A stretch of 64,000 nt of DNA. It comes from an uncultured Spirochaetales bacterium. GTDB lineage: Bacteria; Myxococcota_A; UBA9160; UBA6930. Made by a program: the position numbers and the translations under genes. Positions 62,760-64,000 of this stretch are shown in pieces. Position 1 is the first letter of the stretch; the number at the start of each line of letters is the position of its first letter. The DNA lies in contig CAZCTH010000001.1 of the NCBI GenBank assembly GCA_964501435.1, positions 2,656 through 66,655 on the forward strand, in the 5' to 3' direction. The notes beneath the pieces are model-generated. The model was not told where the DNA came from. It was given only the letters and a program-made list of their open reading frames with translations, and did no database searches.

Positions 62760-64000
62760 ATGGCCGCTTGGCGCGAGGAGTATCAGCGACGCCTCACGAC
62801 CCCCGAAGCCGCGGTGAGCCGCGTTCGAGCTGGCGACGTCGTGAACATCCCGATCTTCCCGCCCACGCGGCTCTTGGATGCGCTCTGGAAAAGGCGCGAC
62901 GAGCTCGCGCAAGTCGCGATTCAGCTCAACGCCACCTCGCACGACCCGGGCTGGCTCAAGGCCGATCCCGCGAGCTCTCCGTTCACCCTCGAGTTCGAGA
63001 TTTTCATCGGCGATTTTGCGCGTCCGGCCCACGACGACGCGCGTGGCGTTTATCTCCCCAACCTCTTCTCGACATCCTTCAAGCCCGGCGACGAGCAGCG
63101 ACCCACTCACCGGCCGCCGACCGTGGCGATGGTGGTCTGCTCGGAGCCCAACGAGGCGGGCTTCGTTCACTTCGGCGCGCATCACTGGACCAAGCGCAGC
63201 CTGGTTCGCCGCGCGGAAGTCGTGCTCGCGGAAGTGCGCTCCGACCTGCTTGCGGTGTGCGGCGACGTGTGGGCGCACGTGACGGAGTTCGACGCGTTCG
63301 TCGAAGTGGGACCCGTCCAGATCACTCCCGAGCGGATCGAGACGCTGCTCGCGTCGGTTCCCGACGAGCGCCGCGAGAAGCTGCGCGCCCTGATTCCGCG
63401 CATTCCGCGCGATCGTTTGCCCGGCGCCTTCCCGCTGCTTCCCGTCATGGAGCCGTCGGCGCTCGAGCGCGCGCTCGGGTTGGGTGCGCCGCCGGAGACC
63501 TACCGCGCGATCGCGGGTTACCTCTCGGAGGTGGTGCAGGACGGCGACTGCATCCAGATCGGCGTCGGTGAACCGTCGAGCACGATGATTCGCCTCGGCG
63601 CATTCGATCGGAAGCACGATCTCGGCGTCCACACCGAGCTGATCGCGCCCGGGACCGCGCAGCTCGTCGAGGCCGGCATCATCACGGGCCGACGCAAGAA
63701 CCAGTTCCCGGGCAAGGTCGTCGCCGCAGCGTGGACCGGCGGCAGCAACGAAGACTTCGCGATCATCGCGTCGAATCCGAACTTCCAGCTCTTCGACCCC
63801 GAGTTCGTGCTGCACATTCCGCGCATCGCGGCGAACGACAACCAGGTCTCGATCAACAACGCTCTTTCGATCGACCTGATCGGGCAGATCAACTCCGAGA
63901 CCGTGCTCGGCCGGCGCATGATCAACGGCACCGGCGGTCAGCCCGAGACTCACCTCGGTGCATTCCTCTCGAAGGGCGGGCGGGCCGTCACCCTGCTGCC
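62760..64000 (+). CDS. acetyl-CoA hydrolase/transferase (4-hydroxybutyrate CoA-transferase-like) family protein, 3'-truncated by the window edge
   Basis: Not in the ORF track because no stop is reached. My own translation from ATG 62760 (SD AAGGAG upstream) begins MAAWREEYQRRLTTPEAAVSRVRAGDVVNIP and continues to ...DLGVHTELIAPGTAQLVEAGIITG...VSINNALSIDLIGQINSETV..GGQPE. Confidence 0.8.
   Translation, partial: MAAWREEYQRRLTTPEAAVSRVRAGDVVNIPIFPPTRLLDALWKRRDELAQVAIQLNATSHDPGWLKADPASSPFTLEFEIFIGDFARPAHDDARGVYLPNLFSTSFKPGDEQRPTHRPPTVAMVVCSEPNEAGFVHFGAHHWTKRSLVRRAEVVLAEVRSDLLAVCGDVWAHVTEFDAFVEVGPVQITPERIETLLASVPDERREKLRALIPRIPRDRLPGAFPLLPVMEPSALERALGLGAPPETYRAIAGYLSEVVQDGDCIQIGVGEPSSTMIRLGAFDRKHDLGVHTELIAPGTAQLVEAGIITGRRKNQFPGKVVAAAWTGGSNEDFAIIASNPNFQLFDPEFVLHIPRIAANDNQVSINNALSIDLIGQINSETVLGRRMINGTGGQPETHLGAFLSKGGRAVTLL

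Noticed and set aside
62768-63571. 267-aa plus-strand ORF listed in the track
   Set aside because: It is in the wrong frame. The real gene is the open-ended frame starting at ATG 62760, whose translation carries CoA-transferase motifs through to the window edge.
1-64000. CRISPR arrays, rRNA genes, IS elements and large tandem repeats
   Set aside because: Reading the intergenic regions revealed no regularly spaced repeats of 24 bp or more, no rRNA-like conserved blocks and no transposase-like ORFs. The only repeats seen are the short motifs reported above. A dedicated repeat finder could still reveal diverged copies I missed by eye.

Overview
This is a GC-rich bacterial window (roughly two-thirds G+C by eye) packed with tightly coupled operons. 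I could not run any similarity search. All family calls come from motifs and domain layouts read in the supplied translations, plus direct reading of the DNA. The window has three parts. (i) 0.3-8.6 kb is a five-gene operon: MMPL/RND-type exporter, sensor kinase, sigma-54 response regulator, LolA-like protein and DUF3419/BtaA-like protein. (ii) 8.7-33.7 kb looks like an integrative/conjugative element. It holds an orphan UvrD-like helicase and a complete P-type T4SS (trbBCDEJLFGI plus DUF2274) on the plus strand. An ~8 kb accessory island follows. On the minus strand come an AlpA-like HTH, TraF peptidase, DUF3363-type relaxase, TraG/VirD4 and a CopG-like RHH protein. The island carries the most interesting locus, a CBASS of the poorly understood E2-only kind: CD-NTase, stand-alone E2-like protein and patatin (CapV-like) effector. 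Its last gene overlaps (ATGA) the start of a single polypeptide that fuses an N6-adenine methylase to a BsuBI/PstI-type endonuclease. A repeat-rich 685-bp non-coding stretch and a trio of RadC(JAB), unknown protein and small membrane protein follow. A tRNA-3'-end-like fragment with hairpins sits directly after DUF2274. The transfer genes are split into two convergent halves, which a single ~17-20 kb inversion would explain most simply. I saw no integrase, rRNA, intact tRNA or CRISPR array. (iii) 34.2-64 kb is a CoA-dependent oxidative catabolic island. It has 3 nitronate-monooxygenase-like genes, 3 luciferase-like genes, 2 amidohydrolases, an Ltp-type thiolase with DUF35, a split MaoC hydratase, two acyl-CoA dehydrogenase pairs, a BVMO, an alpha-only Rieske oxygenase, a ferredoxin, a PdxA-like protein and a CoA-transferase. 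It may be ICE cargo, and one of its NMO genes is frameshifted.
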